Of a stretch of DNA of 44,615 nucleotides, positions 1-9,447 are shown in pieces. Position numbers and translations under genes: made by a program. The stretch spans positions 1 through 44,615 of the forward strand of contig LNFD01000192.1 in NCBI GenBank assembly GCA_001464255.1, written 5' to 3'. The notes beneath the pieces were generated by a model. That model saw only the letters and a program-made list of their open reading frames with translations, made no database searches and was not told the DNA's origin. The DNA is from Actinomycetales bacterium Ga0077552 (GTDB taxonomy: Bacteria; Actinomycetota; Actinomycetes; Actinomycetales; Microbacteriaceae). Every line of letters starts with the position of its first letter. Within the stretch, counting starts at the first letter, position 1.

Positions 1-1428
1 CGCGACGAGCTCCATCGCGTGCGTGTAGCGGTAGGTGGCCCGTGACCCAGGCACCTCGCCTGCGGGCTCGACGGGAACTGGCGCTCTGGAGCCCGCCTCG
101 CGGAACGGATCCCGCTCGGTCGCGCGCTCCCACCGTCGCGGCGGAGGCACGGGTCGGGACCGGCCTTCCACCTCCCAGAGCGGTCGCAACGCGCCTCGGG
201 GCCCGACCACACGGGACGGCTCCCGCTGGAACGCGCGGAGGCGACCGGGCCCGAGGATCTCGTGCTGCATCGACGGCGGCTGCCGCGAGATCCACTCCGC
301 GGCGGTCTCGTGATGCGGGTCTCGCCATCCCTCTGGCGGTGGCGGCTCCCCCCGCGCTTCGGCGAGCTCGCGCTCGAAGTGCCGGTCGTCGAGGATGGCC
401 GTCGTGAAGCAGAGGCAGTTCGGATGCGCCGGACACGTCGGGACGCCGTCGACCTCGTAGCCGCCTGGGCCGAGGCCGTCGATCGACTGCGCGGCGTAGA
501 CGTCGCAGATGTCGGGGCGCGGATGCTGAGGGGAGAGCTCCCAGCGGTAGCCCTTCACCCACGGCTGCTCGCGCGTGCTCTCGTGGAACGCGGCGGTGAA
601 CGCGCGCGCGGTCTCGGTGCGCGCCACGACGCGCTCGGTGTAGAGCGCACGGTCGCGGATCCAGTATCCGAGCTGGCGCTCGAGGTCCTCGTTGGTCGCC
701 CGCATGGCCACGCGCTGGAAGCGCCGAGCTGCAGCGCGCAGCGTCGGGTCGGTGAGCCGGTTGACGCTGCCGACGTGGTCGTTCACCGCGGCGCGCAGCC
801 GCACGCGGTCCCCCACTCGCACCGCGGCGCGCAGGTCGGCGATGTAGCGCGGCAGCGCCACGCGGACGTCGTCCACCTCGAGGAGTGACTGCGCCAGGTC
901 GGCGACCGTGCGCCCCGCGCGGATCCCATCACGGAGCTCGACGGCGAGGGCTCGGACGCTCTCCTCGGAGCGGGCATGGAGGCGCTCGGAGAGCCGCAGG
1001 CCTCCGATCGCTCGGTCGCCGTCGAGGTACCGCGTCGCCAACCTCGTAGCTGCGTCGGGCGCCATGCCGGCGGCGATGCGTCGGGACGCAGCCGCGCCGA
1101 GCTCGCCGAACGCGGCCTCTGGCGTGGAGACGCCCGCAGCGTGACCGTGCCCGGCCGCCGAGCGCGTCCCCGTGACGATGGCATCGAGGCGCGCGCGTGC
1201 GGTGGGGCGGACCTCGGCGCGCAGCCGCTCGAGGATGGCTTCGATGCTGGCGTCGTCTCGGAGCAGGCCCGAGAGCGTGGCGCGGAGGCTTTCCTCGATG
1301 CGGGTCCAGGTGCGCGCCAGCTCCGCCTCGGTCCGACGCTGCGCGGTGAGCATGCGACGGCGAGCTCGCCGTGCTCGGTCAGCCGCCCGTCGCTCTGCGT
1401 CGGTGCGGCGCGCGAGCGCCCGGGTCAC
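1..1428 (-). CDS. Phage head morphogenesis protein (SPP1 gp7/MuF-like), 3' end outside the window
   Basis: Not in the ORF track because it has no stop in the window. Hand translation from GTG 1428 (overlapping the portal stop) gives ARTETARA, YRWELSPQHPRPDICD and PAHPNCLC; position directly after the portal. Confidence 0.85.
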   Translation of the reverse strand, partial: MTRALARRTDAERRAADRARRARRRMLTAQRRTEAELARTWTRIEESLRATLSGLLRDDASIEAILERLRAEVRPTARARLDAIVTGTRSAAGHGHAAGVSTPEAAFGELGAAASRRIAAGMAPDAATRLATRYLDGDRAIGGLRLSERLHARSEESVRALAVELRDGIRAGRTVADLAQSLLEVDDVRVALPRYIADLRAAVRVGDRVRLRAAVNDHVGSVNRLTDPTLRAAARRFQRVAMRATNEDLERQLGYWIRDRALYTERVVARTETARAFTAAFHESTREQPWVKGYRWELSPQHPRPDICDVYAAQSIDGLGPGGYEVDGVPTCPAHPNCLCFTTAILDDRHFERELAEARGEPPPPEGWRDPHHETAAEWISRQPPSMQHEILGPGRLRAFQREPSRVVGPRGALRPLWEVEGRSRPVPPPRRWERATERDPFREAGSRAPVPVEPAGEVPGSRATYRYTHAMELVA

Positions 1429-3038
1429 GCGGCCTTCTTGCTGCCGGCCTTCTCGTTCGGGTCAGCGGGCTCGTCCTCTTCCATCCCGTCTTCCGGGTCT
1501 GGCTCCGCGTCGACCTCGGCCGCTGCCGCGCGGGCCTGCTCCGCCGCGAGCGCGAGCCCGTCGATCTCGGAGTCGATCTGAGCGAGCTTCTCGGGCTCGA
1601 GGTTCGGCAGGAGCTGGCGCACGAGGCGCTTCGTCATCTCGGCGATGGCGGTGGGCCCGAGAGGGAGGCTCGTCGCGGCGAGCGCGTTCTCCAACTCGGC
1701 AGACAGCTCCTCGACGTCGAAGCGCGTCTGCGGGGTGACGGTGATCTTCTCGACCTGCTCATCGCCGACGCCGTCCATCCTCGCGACGAGGCGCAGCACG
1801 GATTCGTTGAACGCGGCGTGGTGCTTGGCGGTGTCCGAGAGCGAGCGGTTCATCGTCTCGAAGTCGAACGCCTTACTGAGCCCGCTCTGGACCTGCTTCG
1901 TGTCGTTCGCCGCGTATCCGGTCTTGGCGTTCCGCGCGATGGCCTTCTCGGTGGCCTCGATGCGCTTCTCGTAGACGACGGGGATCGCGGTGTCGGGGTT
2001 GAGGAACTTGTACTCGACCGACGAGTCGTAGCGGATGGGCAGCGCGTTCCCCGCGCCGCCGAGGACCGTCCCCATCTTCTCCGGGTCGTTGGTCGGCACC
2101 TGCAAGAGGGCGAACACGCTCGAGCGCATGTGCTCGTCGAGCTCGGACAAATAGTTGAAGAGGCGCTTGGCCAGCTTCGCGACGGTGCCGATGGCCGACA
2201 GTCCGCGGAGCGGCAGCTGCGACGGCTTGGGCACGCACACACGCAGCGGGATCTCTCCCCACGGGTTCGGGCGCTCCGCCTCGTTGCGGATGACGTGCTT
2301 TCCGTTCTCGTCCTTCACGACTTCGTACGTGATGACGCGGTCCGGGTACCAGATGGAGATCCCGTGGACCTTCGTGCACGGCCCGAGCAGCAGGTCAGGC
2401 CGCTCGTCCCACCACGTGCCGATCTTCACCGCGCGGAGCACGCCGCGCTCGAACGACCAGTCGTAGATCTGCCCGGGGAACAGCGGCGTGGCGTACGGCA
2501 TGATCCCGCGCTCCTTCGCGTCCGCGCGCGAGGTCACGGGTTCATCGGTGCGCGGCATGTCGAAGAGCACCGGACACCAGCCGAGGATCTCGGCTCGGAG
2601 GTGGATGGTGTCGTGGAGGAGCGTGTCCCACGGGCGCCCCTGACCGTCGGCATTGGCCAAGAACCCCTCGACGACCTCGGTCCCTCGATACGTCGGGGGC
2701 CGGCGGTGGAGGTAGCTCAGGCGGATGTCGACGACGGGCTCGACGGGGTTCGGGTAGTGCGCCATCGCCGCCCGGCGCGCGAACTTCGCCAGGTCCTCGC
2801 GTGGGAACCGGTCGAGGTAGGTGTCGATGTCGCCTTCGTCGCCCGCATCGTCGGCCCACGCTCGCCCCTGGTAGATGGCGCTGCCAGGGCCCCAGAAGCC
2901 CGAGAGCGGCTGGCGCACCTTCCCCTGGAACCCGCCGGTGCCGGCGTACGCGTCGAGGAGAAACTTCTCCCAAGCGAGGTCCCCCTCGTACCCGTCGCGC
3001 TTGCTGACGAGGGCCTTGATCAGTTCTTCGGGGTCCAC
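1425..3038 (-). CDS. Phage portal protein
   Basis: 537 aa between terL and the head gene; YLDRFPRE..KFARR, NPWGEIP and QSGLSKAFDF segments; acidic C-terminal tail. Confidence 0.85.
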   Translation of the reverse strand: MDPEELIKALVSKRDGYEGDLAWEKFLLDAYAGTGGFQGKVRQPLSGFWGPGSAIYQGRAWADDAGDEGDIDTYLDRFPREDLAKFARRAAMAHYPNPVEPVVDIRLSYLHRRPPTYRGTEVVEGFLANADGQGRPWDTLLHDTIHLRAEILGWCPVLFDMPRTDEPVTSRADAKERGIMPYATPLFPGQIYDWSFERGVLRAVKIGTWWDERPDLLLGPCTKVHGISIWYPDRVITYEVVKDENGKHVIRNEAERPNPWGEIPLRVCVPKPSQLPLRGLSAIGTVAKLAKRLFNYLSELDEHMRSSVFALLQVPTNDPEKMGTVLGGAGNALPIRYDSSVEYKFLNPDTAIPVVYEKRIEATEKAIARNAKTGYAANDTKQVQSGLSKAFDFETMNRSLSDTAKHHAAFNESVLRLVARMDGVGDEQVEKITVTPQTRFDVEELSAELENALAATSLPLGPTAIAEMTKRLVRQLLPNLEPEKLAQIDSEIDGLALAAEQARAAAAEVDAEPDPEDGMEEDEPADPNEKAGSKKAA

Positions 3039-3077
3039 GGGCCCACGCTCGGGCGAACGCCGCGAAGCCGTCTAGGG

Positions 3078-3242
3078 TCAGGCCCGCTGGACGCCCTGCA
3101 CGATGAGCCACCACTCGAGCGCCACGAGGACGCTGGTCCGCGCCACCAGAACCAGCGCCTCGGACCTGCCCTGATAGGTCATCGTGAAGCGATCGACCTC
3201 CCAGAGGCCGTCCTGCGGCGCCGTCTCGACCGTCGCAGTCAT
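3078..3242 (-). CDS. Small hypothetical protein
   Basis: ATG 3242 overlaps the upstream stop (ATGA). Confidence 0.5.
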   Translation of the reverse strand: MTATVETAPQDGLWEVDRFTMTYQGRSEALVLVARTSVLVALEWWLIVQGVQRA

Positions 3243-3484
3243 CGTCCCCTCATGCATCGGTCGAGCGCTTCGTCGGTGTCCTGTGCGCGGTGGACGTAGG
3301 CGGACCGCCATCGGTCACCGTGCCGCACGAACAGCCGCGCCGCTGGGCAGTGAGGCTGCGGGCCATGCAGGACCACCTCTGCGTCGACCTGGCGCATCGC
3401 GAGGCGCTCTTCGATGTCGTGGACGTCCACTGGAGCGTGGCTCCACTTCGCGCGCGTCGAGGCGATCGCCACCTCGACGGTCAT
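3239..3484 (-). CDS. Small hypothetical protein
   Basis: ATG 3484 coupled to the terL stop; 81 aa. Confidence 0.55.
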   Translation of the reverse strand: MTVEVAIASTRAKWSHAPVDVHDIEERLAMRQVDAEVVLHGPQPHCPAARLFVRHGDRWRSAYVHRAQDTDEALDRCMRGR

Positions 3485-4938
3485 CCCGAGAGCGCCCCCA
3501 CACGCAGCGGGCGCGGCGACCACACCTTCGGGTCGTGCACGGACAGCGTCATCGCGTCCATGCGATCGGGGCTGCGCCCGATGCGCTCCTTCAGAGCGTC
3601 CTTCTCCTCGACCTGGACGCGCCCGAGCTTGTCGAACTTGTATCGCACCGCGAGGAGCTCGCTGCGAAGCTCCCGGTCGGGCGGGAGCATCGCCGTCTCG
3701 GTCCACTCGGCCGCAGCGAAGTGCACCTCGGCGCGGAGGTTCACGTAGCCGGGGTCACCGTCGCTCGGCTCCTGCGTCGGGGACGAGCTGCCGTTGACGG
3801 GCACCACCTCGATCTCGGGCGCGCTGGCCTTCAGCTGGTCGTAGACGCCCGCGCCGATTCCGATCACGTCGACCTTCACCCGAGGCTTGGGCCCGCGCGA
3901 GCGCTCGGTCGGCGTGCGAAGGTCGTTGATGACCTTGCGGGCCCAGCCCGCCACCTGGATCGAGTCCTGGCCGCCCGTCGCGGTCGGTGCGTAGCCGTAC
4001 GGCCCGCGACGGGGAAAGACGACGTTCGAGTCATCGCCGAAGCGCGCGCAGTCGAGGCCCACCTCGAGGCGCTTCGTCAGGTGGACCTCGGGGCAGACGG
4101 GGACCCACCGGCGAATCGCGGCCTCGACGGCGGCGAGGCCGAACACCGAGTGCGAGGCCTGCGCAGGGAAGTCGCCGCGCACGCGGTAGCCGTAGATCGG
4201 ATGGGTCTCGTGCGGGTGCCACTGCTTGCGCTTGCGCTCGACCCAGTCCTTCGTCGCCACGCCGGGGATCGGGGCGCCCAGGCCTCGCGCGTTGGGCGTG
4301 CGCTCGGAGTTGAGGTGGTGGAGCTTGTAGGCGTCCGACTCCTCGTGATGCGAGCGGAAGAAGAACCCCTCGGTGCGGGTCGGGTTGCCGTAGCAGTGCT
4401 TCTGCGCGCCGCCCGCCCTGTTGCCCTCGATGGCCTCGTCGATCGCGTCGTCGATGCCCGCGGCCTCGTCGAGGAGGTACACGACGCGCGCACCGGAGAT
4501 GCCGCTGAAGCGGTCCGGGTCGTCGGTCGAGAAGCCCCACACCTCGCGGTCCTGGTCGCCGCGTAGACCGCGGTCGGGACGCTCGTTGAGCTTGCCGCCG
4601 AGGTCGTACCCGCGCTTCTTCGCGCGTCGGTAGAGGATCCCGACCTCGCGCCAGATCACCTCCTCGATCTGGCGCCACGTGGGCGCGGTGAGGATGACGC
4701 GCACGCCGGGGAACAGGCAGTAGTTCCAGAGCGCGATGACGGCAGCATCTGTCGACTTACCGGTCTTGTGGCCGCTCCGCGTCGAGCTCGTGAGGTCGAA
4801 CGCGTTGGAGCGCAGCACGCTCGCCTGCGAGTCGAACCCGTCGTCGTCCACCCATGGATCGATGCCGAGCACGTCGTGGGCGAACTCGACGGGATCAGAC
4901 CTCCAGCGGTCGATGGTTCTGAGTACCGCCTCGCTCAC
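3481..4938 (-). CDS. terL: Terminase large subunit
   Basis: Walker A RSGHKTGKS, Walker B YLLDEA, coupling motif GNP, nuclease motifs GLDCARFGDD and SPDRMDA; start reassigned to GTG 4938 (GTGA overlap). Confidence 0.95.
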   Translation of the reverse strand: MSEAVLRTIDRWRSDPVEFAHDVLGIDPWVDDDGFDSQASVLRSNAFDLTSSTRSGHKTGKSTDAAVIALWNYCLFPGVRVILTAPTWRQIEEVIWREVGILYRRAKKRGYDLGGKLNERPDRGLRGDQDREVWGFSTDDPDRFSGISGARVVYLLDEAAGIDDAIDEAIEGNRAGGAQKHCYGNPTRTEGFFFRSHHEESDAYKLHHLNSERTPNARGLGAPIPGVATKDWVERKRKQWHPHETHPIYGYRVRGDFPAQASHSVFGLAAVEAAIRRWVPVCPEVHLTKRLEVGLDCARFGDDSNVVFPRRGPYGYAPTATGGQDSIQVAGWARKVINDLRTPTERSRGPKPRVKVDVIGIGAGVYDQLKASAPEIEVVPVNGSSSPTQEPSDGDPGYVNLRAEVHFAAAEWTETAMLPPDRELRSELLAVRYKFDKLGRVQVEEKDALKERIGRSPDRMDAMTLSVHDPKVWSPRPLRVGALSG

Positions 4939-5795
4939 GGCCCGAAGTCGCACCCTTCCGCACGAGAGCGACGGCTCACACGCGTCCCCAGCTCCCGCAC
5001 GAGCACGACGGCCTGCGCGAGGATCAGGTTGGTGCTCTCGGCCTCGCGCGAGTCGGCACCGCTCAGAGCCAGCTCGTATCCCTCGCACTCGGCGGCGTGC
5101 TCCGCTTCGATGGTGGCGAGCCTCCGCTCGAGTTCGGCCGCGCCGTCGACCGCCGCCTTGGCGGAAGCGAGCTGCGCCTCGAGCTCGCGGATGGCGGCGT
5201 ACCTGTCGGCGAGCAGCTGGCGAGCGGCGGCGAGGTCGGCCTCCACGCGCGACTCCGCGTGGAGCTTCTGCATCGCGGCTATCTGCGCCCGCAGCGCATC
5301 GATGGTGTGGCGCTCCTGGCGCTCCACCCGGGCCTCCTGGCGCTCGACCGCGTCCTTCGGGCCTCGGGACGACGCGTTGACGGCCTCGATGATCCCATGG
5401 AGTTCGGTGATCTTGGCATCGCGCTCGACGATGAGCGCGCGGAGGTCGTCGCCGTCGAGTTCGTCGATGCCAAGCCCAGTGCGACCGCCAGGATCAGCGA
5501 GCACCTGCGCCGCGGGCCCCTCGACGGGATACGCGCCCGTCCAATCGCGGATGCGGCCGAATAGGCTGGCTGGTCCGTGCCGACGCACGTGCGCGACGAC
5601 GAGATCTTCGAGCGTCGCGCATGGCTCGAGGGTGAGCTCGTGCTCTTCGAGGCCCTTCTCGTCGAAGCGCTCGACGAGCACCTCGAGGAACGCTTTCGCC
5701 TGCGCCGCCTCCGGCGTCGGTTCGAAGCGCGCGACGGCGTTCAGCACGCTCCTCATGCCGCGCACCACGGCCCGGTTGATGACGACGCGCTTCAT
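4935..5795 (-). CDS. Coiled-coil hypothetical protein
   Basis: 286 aa, heptad-like C-terminal half, coupled at both ends. Confidence 0.7.
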   Translation of the reverse strand: MKRVVINRAVVRGMRSVLNAVARFEPTPEAAQAKAFLEVLVERFDEKGLEEHELTLEPCATLEDLVVAHVRRHGPASLFGRIRDWTGAYPVEGPAAQVLADPGGRTGLGIDELDGDDLRALIVERDAKITELHGIIEAVNASSRGPKDAVERQEARVERQERHTIDALRAQIAAMQKLHAESRVEADLAAARQLLADRYAAIRELEAQLASAKAAVDGAAELERRLATIEAEHAAECEGYELALSGADSREAESTNLILAQAVVLVRELGTRVSRRSRAEGCDFGP

Positions 5796-6865
5796 GCTGC
5801 CCCCCGGGCGACGCCGGCGTCGACGAGCAGCACGTGGCGGCCGTTGGGCGACATGCCCGCGTCCTCGACCGCGAAGCCCAGCACGCGCAGCCAGTCGATC
5901 GCGCTCTTGGACTCGACCTCGGCAAGCTCCTCCATCGCATCAAGGTGGAGGCAAGGAATGACGGTCTTGAGGCTTGCCCACATGGCGCGCGGGAGCGGAC
6001 GCCGGTCGCGCTCCACCTCGCCCACGAACACATGGTCCACGCCGCCGCCCACTGCGGCATCGAGGGCGGTGGCTACGTCGCGCAGACTGAGCCACGCTGC
6101 GAGGCGGCAAGCGCGGACGTACTGCCCGACCGTGGTGGCCGTGGCGGCGCCATCCAGCCGAGCGTCCTTCGTGAAGAGCTCGCGTCGCAGGTTGGCCATG
6201 TTCGCCACGCAGTAGCGGCAGGTGCCCACGCCTCCGCAGTCACACCCCCCGGCGGCGTCCTCGGCCCCTGGTCGCGGGGGCTCCGACTTGGGACGCCCCG
6301 TCCTCTTCAAGCGCTCAGGTGAGTAGCCCTTGGCGATGGTCAGCGCCTCCTCCTCGGTCCAGCCGCGGGCGAGACGGTGGGCGATGGCGGCCCCGGTCAG
6401 TCCGAGCTCCTCTCCCCACCCCGTGAGGTTGTCGGTGCGGCCGTTGAGCGTGATGCGCCTCTCGGCGCCGTTCCTTCGATTGGGTGACACGGGCTTCTCC
6501 TTCGGTCGTGGTGGTGGGCGGATCGCTGGCCTTGCCAACGTGGAGGTGACGCGCGCGGCTGCAGTGCGTGCTCGCATCTCGATGAGCACCGAGCGGCCAG
6601 CCCGGAGCGACGGTGACGGTTCTGTGGGGACGGGCGTCGAGAGCGCCGGGCGCTCGGTGATGGCCGCCCCATCGGGCCAGGTCTCCGGCCGCTCACCTCG
6701 GGCGTGGGCCTCGCCGACGACGCAGCCCCGGCACTCGCCCGCGGTCGGCCGTTGCACGCCTGGGGAGCCGGCGAGCGGGGACACCTCGAGGTGTCTCTTC
6801 GCGCAGCTCGAGCGGGTGAGGGTGCACCTCAGCGGGAGGCACCGGAACAGGTCGAGCCCGTTCAC
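5792..6865 (-). CDS. Cys/His-domain protein with two HTH-like domains
   Basis: N-terminal FRC..C..H..CxxC..H; middle ITLNGRTDNLTGWGEELGL..RLARGW; C-terminal XRE-like VGQYVRACR..LSLRDVA..VGEVERD. Confidence 0.7.
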   Translation of the reverse strand: MNGLDLFRCLPLRCTLTRSSCAKRHLEVSPLAGSPGVQRPTAGECRGCVVGEAHARGERPETWPDGAAITERPALSTPVPTEPSPSLRAGRSVLIEMRARTAAARVTSTLARPAIRPPPRPKEKPVSPNRRNGAERRITLNGRTDNLTGWGEELGLTGAAIAHRLARGWTEEEALTIAKGYSPERLKRTGRPKSEPPRPGAEDAAGGCDCGGVGTCRYCVANMANLRRELFTKDARLDGAATATTVGQYVRACRLAAWLSLRDVATALDAAVGGGVDHVFVGEVERDRRPLPRAMWASLKTVIPCLHLDAMEELAEVESKSAIDWLRVLGFAVEDAGMSPNGRHVLLVDAGVARGAA

Positions 6866-7056
6866 GACTTCGCCTTCCACTTCAGCGTCGACTCCGCGAT
6901 GAGTGCCTTGCACACCGGGCACCGGACGTAGTTCCCCTCGCGTTGGTCACCCTCGACGTCGGCCCGCGTGTACTCGACCTCGGACCTGCAGTCGCGACAC
7001 GTGTTGCGGGCCACGAACACGGGGAGCGCCCCCTTCTTGATCACCTTCGCCATCAC
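6862..7056 (-). CDS. Small Zn-ribbon protein
   Basis: CRDC...CPVC in 64 aa; coupled at both ends. Confidence 0.7.
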   Translation of the reverse strand: MMAKVIKKGALPVFVARNTCRDCRSEVEYTRADVEGDQREGNYVRCPVCKALIAESTLKWKAKS

Positions 7057-7691
7057 CCCACCGCCTTCGCCGCTGTCGCTTCCGCCGACCGCCGCTCGTC
7101 CAGCTCGTCGATGAGCTCCACGAGCGTCTTCACGTTGCCCGTGTGCTCGACCTTCTTGACGTAGTCCCCCTTCAGCTTGCCGACCTCGGCGATCGCCGCG
7201 ATGCGGTCGCGCGCGCTCGCGGGCGCCTCGACGCTCGACCCGTCCTTCAGCACGTGGGTCACCGGGTCGCCGTTCGCGATCCGCGAGAGCATCTCGAGCC
7301 GGGCCTGGAGGTCGAGCACCGTCGAGGTCGTGCTCTTGGCCCTCAGCATCGCGAGGTGCGCCTGGATGTCCGGCCGAAGCTGCAGGCGGCTCGCCGTCTC
7401 GGTCAGCGTCTTGTCGTTGCCGAGGAACCCCGCCGCCTTCGCCGCGTCGAGGCCACGCTCCCCCCGAGCGATGCCCTCTGCGAACAGTCGGTGCCGGTCC
7501 GAGATCCCCCGCGCGCGCGAGGCCGATTGTTGCGGGGGCTTGGAGCCCTTCCCACGCCCCGGGCCGATGCCTTTTACGAACCGGCCGCGAGAACGCTTCT
7601 CGACACCCGCACCCACATCGCTTGTGGAAGTTGTTGAGGTTTCACCCTGTCGATCGGGAGAATGTTGGTGGCTTCGGTCGGTGTGTGGCAT
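7053..7691 (-). CDS. terS: Terminase small subunit
   Basis: ISDRHRLFAEG..DAAKAAGF..ASRLQLRPDIQAHL HTH-like segment and DRIAAIAEVGK..KVEHTG tail; upstream of terL. Confidence 0.8.
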   Translation of the reverse strand: MPHTDRSHQHSPDRQGETSTTSTSDVGAGVEKRSRGRFVKGIGPGRGKGSKPPQQSASRARGISDRHRLFAEGIARGERGLDAAKAAGFLGNDKTLTETASRLQLRPDIQAHLAMLRAKSTTSTVLDLQARLEMLSRIANGDPVTHVLKDGSSVEAPASARDRIAAIAEVGKLKGDYVKKVEHTGNVKTLVELIDELDERRSAEATAAKAVG

Positions 7692-7718
7692 GTCTCTCTC
7701 TCGGTCTCGGTACTCTGA

Positions 7719-8258
7719 TCAGGTTCGTTGGGGTCCCGGCCGGCGAAGGCGCCGCACCGAGCTGACGAGCTCGTCGACGTCGCCCGCGGCCAAGACGGCC
7801 CCGACGGCACGTAGGACCGAGCCCGACCAGCGGAGCGACGTGTCGTCCTCCTCGAGCATCGAGGTGATGCGCTGGCGGTCGGTCTCGCTGACGTGACGGG
7901 CCCACCGCTGGGCGCTCGTAGTGTCGACCTCGGCGAGGTGTCCGACCTCGGCCGCTGCGGCGTCGGTGACCCCGAGCACGCGGCCCATCTCGACGGTGGG
8001 CTTTCCCATCGTTCGGACGACGGCCTCGAGGTGCTCGCGGTTCATCACCACCCGGAGCAGGCCGGCGAACTCGGCGAAGGCGCGCGTGTCACCTTCGACC
8101 GCTTCGGGCTTGCGGTTGCTCCACGGGGAGCGCGCTCGGAGCACGCCGCACTGGATGACCTGGCTGCCCTGCTCGGTGAGGCGGACGAGGGCCCAGGTGC
8201 AGCTGGCCGCCTCGACCTCGAGTCCGAGGACCACTCCGCCGGTGGGTGCGCCCTTCAT
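7719..8258 (-). CDS. RuvC-like (RNase H fold) protein, catalytic residues apparently degenerate
   Basis: N-terminal VLGLEVEAASCTWALV..VIQCGVL resembles the RuvC start ILGIDPG..GWG; EMGRVLGV helix; typical position before terS. Confidence 0.45.
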   Translation of the reverse strand: MKGAPTGGVVLGLEVEAASCTWALVRLTEQGSQVIQCGVLRARSPWSNRKPEAVEGDTRAFAEFAGLLRVVMNREHLEAVVRTMGKPTVEMGRVLGVTDAAAAEVGHLAEVDTTSAQRWARHVSETDRQRITSMLEEDDTSLRWSGSVLRAVGAVLAAGDVDELVSSVRRLRRPGPQRT

Positions 8259-8509
8259 GACGACCTCCGCGGCAGGAGCGTGTAGCGGGCCGTCCGCCCA
8301 TCGAGGGACAGCTGCATGGTGTCGATGTCGCGGCCGGCGATGGGGCCGATGGCGGCTCGCTCCTCTTCGACGCCGACGGCCGAGATGCGGGCCATGGGCC
8401 GGTCGGGCTCGAGGTAGAGCTCGGCGACGGTGGGCCTGGACGGCGGGGTCGGCGGAAGCGCGCGACGCGTGTACGGCGCGGGCTTGGGCCGCTGGACCTG
8501 GCGGCTCAC
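8255..8509 (-). CDS. Hypothetical protein
   Basis: GTG 8509 coupled to the upstream stop. Confidence 0.5.
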   Translation of the reverse strand: MSRQVQRPKPAPYTRRALPPTPPSRPTVAELYLEPDRPMARISAVGVEEERAAIGPIAGRDIDTMQLSLDGRTARYTLLPRRSS

Positions 8510-8748
8510 TTCGCACCCGCCGCGTGAGCGAGGATGCGGTCGGCCTCGGGGACCCACCCGCCCTGGTCGGACCAAACCGCGCGCCCACCGGCGACGAGGT
8601 GCACGGGCTCGGACGGGGTCGGGACGCGCCGGAACCAGCCGAGGTCCTTCGTGGGGACACCAGCGAGGAGCGCGCGCTCGAGCGCGGCGTGGAGCGGCCC
8701 ATCGACCTCGGACAGCGCGCGGAGGGCGGTGGCGTCGAGCTTGGTCAT
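8506..8748 (-). CDS. Hypothetical protein
   Basis: 80 aa, coupled at both ends. Confidence 0.55.
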   Translation of the reverse strand: MTKLDATALRALSEVDGPLHAALERALLAGVPTKDLGWFRRVPTPSEPVHLVAGGRAVWSDQGGWVPEADRILAHAAGAK

Positions 8749-9446
8749 TCGTCACCGCCGTCGCGGCGGCGCGATGCGCCGAGGTCCTCGTGGAACACGC
8801 CGATGTCGCGGAGGCGGTCGATCATGCGGCGGTCGAAGCGCGCGTCGAAGTCGGCGCGAGCGAGGTTGCCGATGAGGACCGTCTTGCGGTCGTTGTTCAT
8901 GCGGTCGTCCACGATCTCGAGCAGCGCCATGCGGGCGCGCTCCTGGTCCTGCGGCGAGACCGCGGTTCCGAGCTCGTCGACGATGAGGGTCGCGCAGCGG
9001 ATGGCCGCGTCCCATTCGCGGTCGTGCCGGTAGCTGCCGAGCCACTTCGCGAGCACGCGCTCTCGCACGTACACGACGCCGGGGCGCCCGCGCTCCATCC
9101 GGGGGAACGCCACGCACGCCGCTGCGGTGGTCTTGCCGCGGCCGAGGTCGCCCGTGAGGACCAGGATGCGGCGCGGCCCGAGCCCGAAGCGGCGCGCCAC
9201 GGAGGTGATCTCCCAGTCCGCGAAGCCGCCGACGCCGCGGTCCTCGAGGACCTTGAAAGCCGAGTCCATCAGCGGCACCCCGGCCTTCCGAAGGCGCATG
9301 ACCCGCCCCTTCCGCAGAGCGCGGTCGTAGGCCGCCTGGCCAGCGACCTGGTCGGCCTCGTAGGCCGCGATGACTGCGGGGTCCTTCACGAGGACCCCGC
9401 GCACCTTCGAGAGCACGTCGTCGAGCACCGAGTTCAGTCGATCCAC
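8745..9446 (-). CDS. DnaC/IstB-like AAA+ ATPase (helicase loader)
   Basis: Walker A GDLGRGKT, Walker B LIVDELG, TVLIGN, RMIDRL; directly downstream of the initiator. Confidence 0.9.
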   Translation of the reverse strand: MDRLNSVLDDVLSKVRGVLVKDPAVIAAYEADQVAGQAAYDRALRKGRVMRLRKAGVPLMDSAFKVLEDRGVGGFADWEITSVARRFGLGPRRILVLTGDLGRGKTTAAACVAFPRMERGRPGVVYVRERVLAKWLGSYRHDREWDAAIRCATLIVDELGTAVSPQDQERARMALLEIVDDRMNNDRKTVLIGNLARADFDARFDRRMIDRLRDIGVFHEDLGASRRRDGGDE

Positions 9447-9447
9447 G

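Noticed and set aside
520-545. Suspected frameshift in the head morphogenesis gene
   Set aside because: Recounting the G run (530-533) shows the frame is intact; the gene is missing from the track only because its stop is outside the window.
1371-3299. 642-aa plus-strand ORF and many similar long ORFs (e.g. 22942..24996, 34068..35723, 38026..40137, 42281..44017)
   Set aside because: Antisense or off-frame shadows of motif-bearing genes; Arg/Ala/Pro-rich, as expected in very GC-rich DNA.
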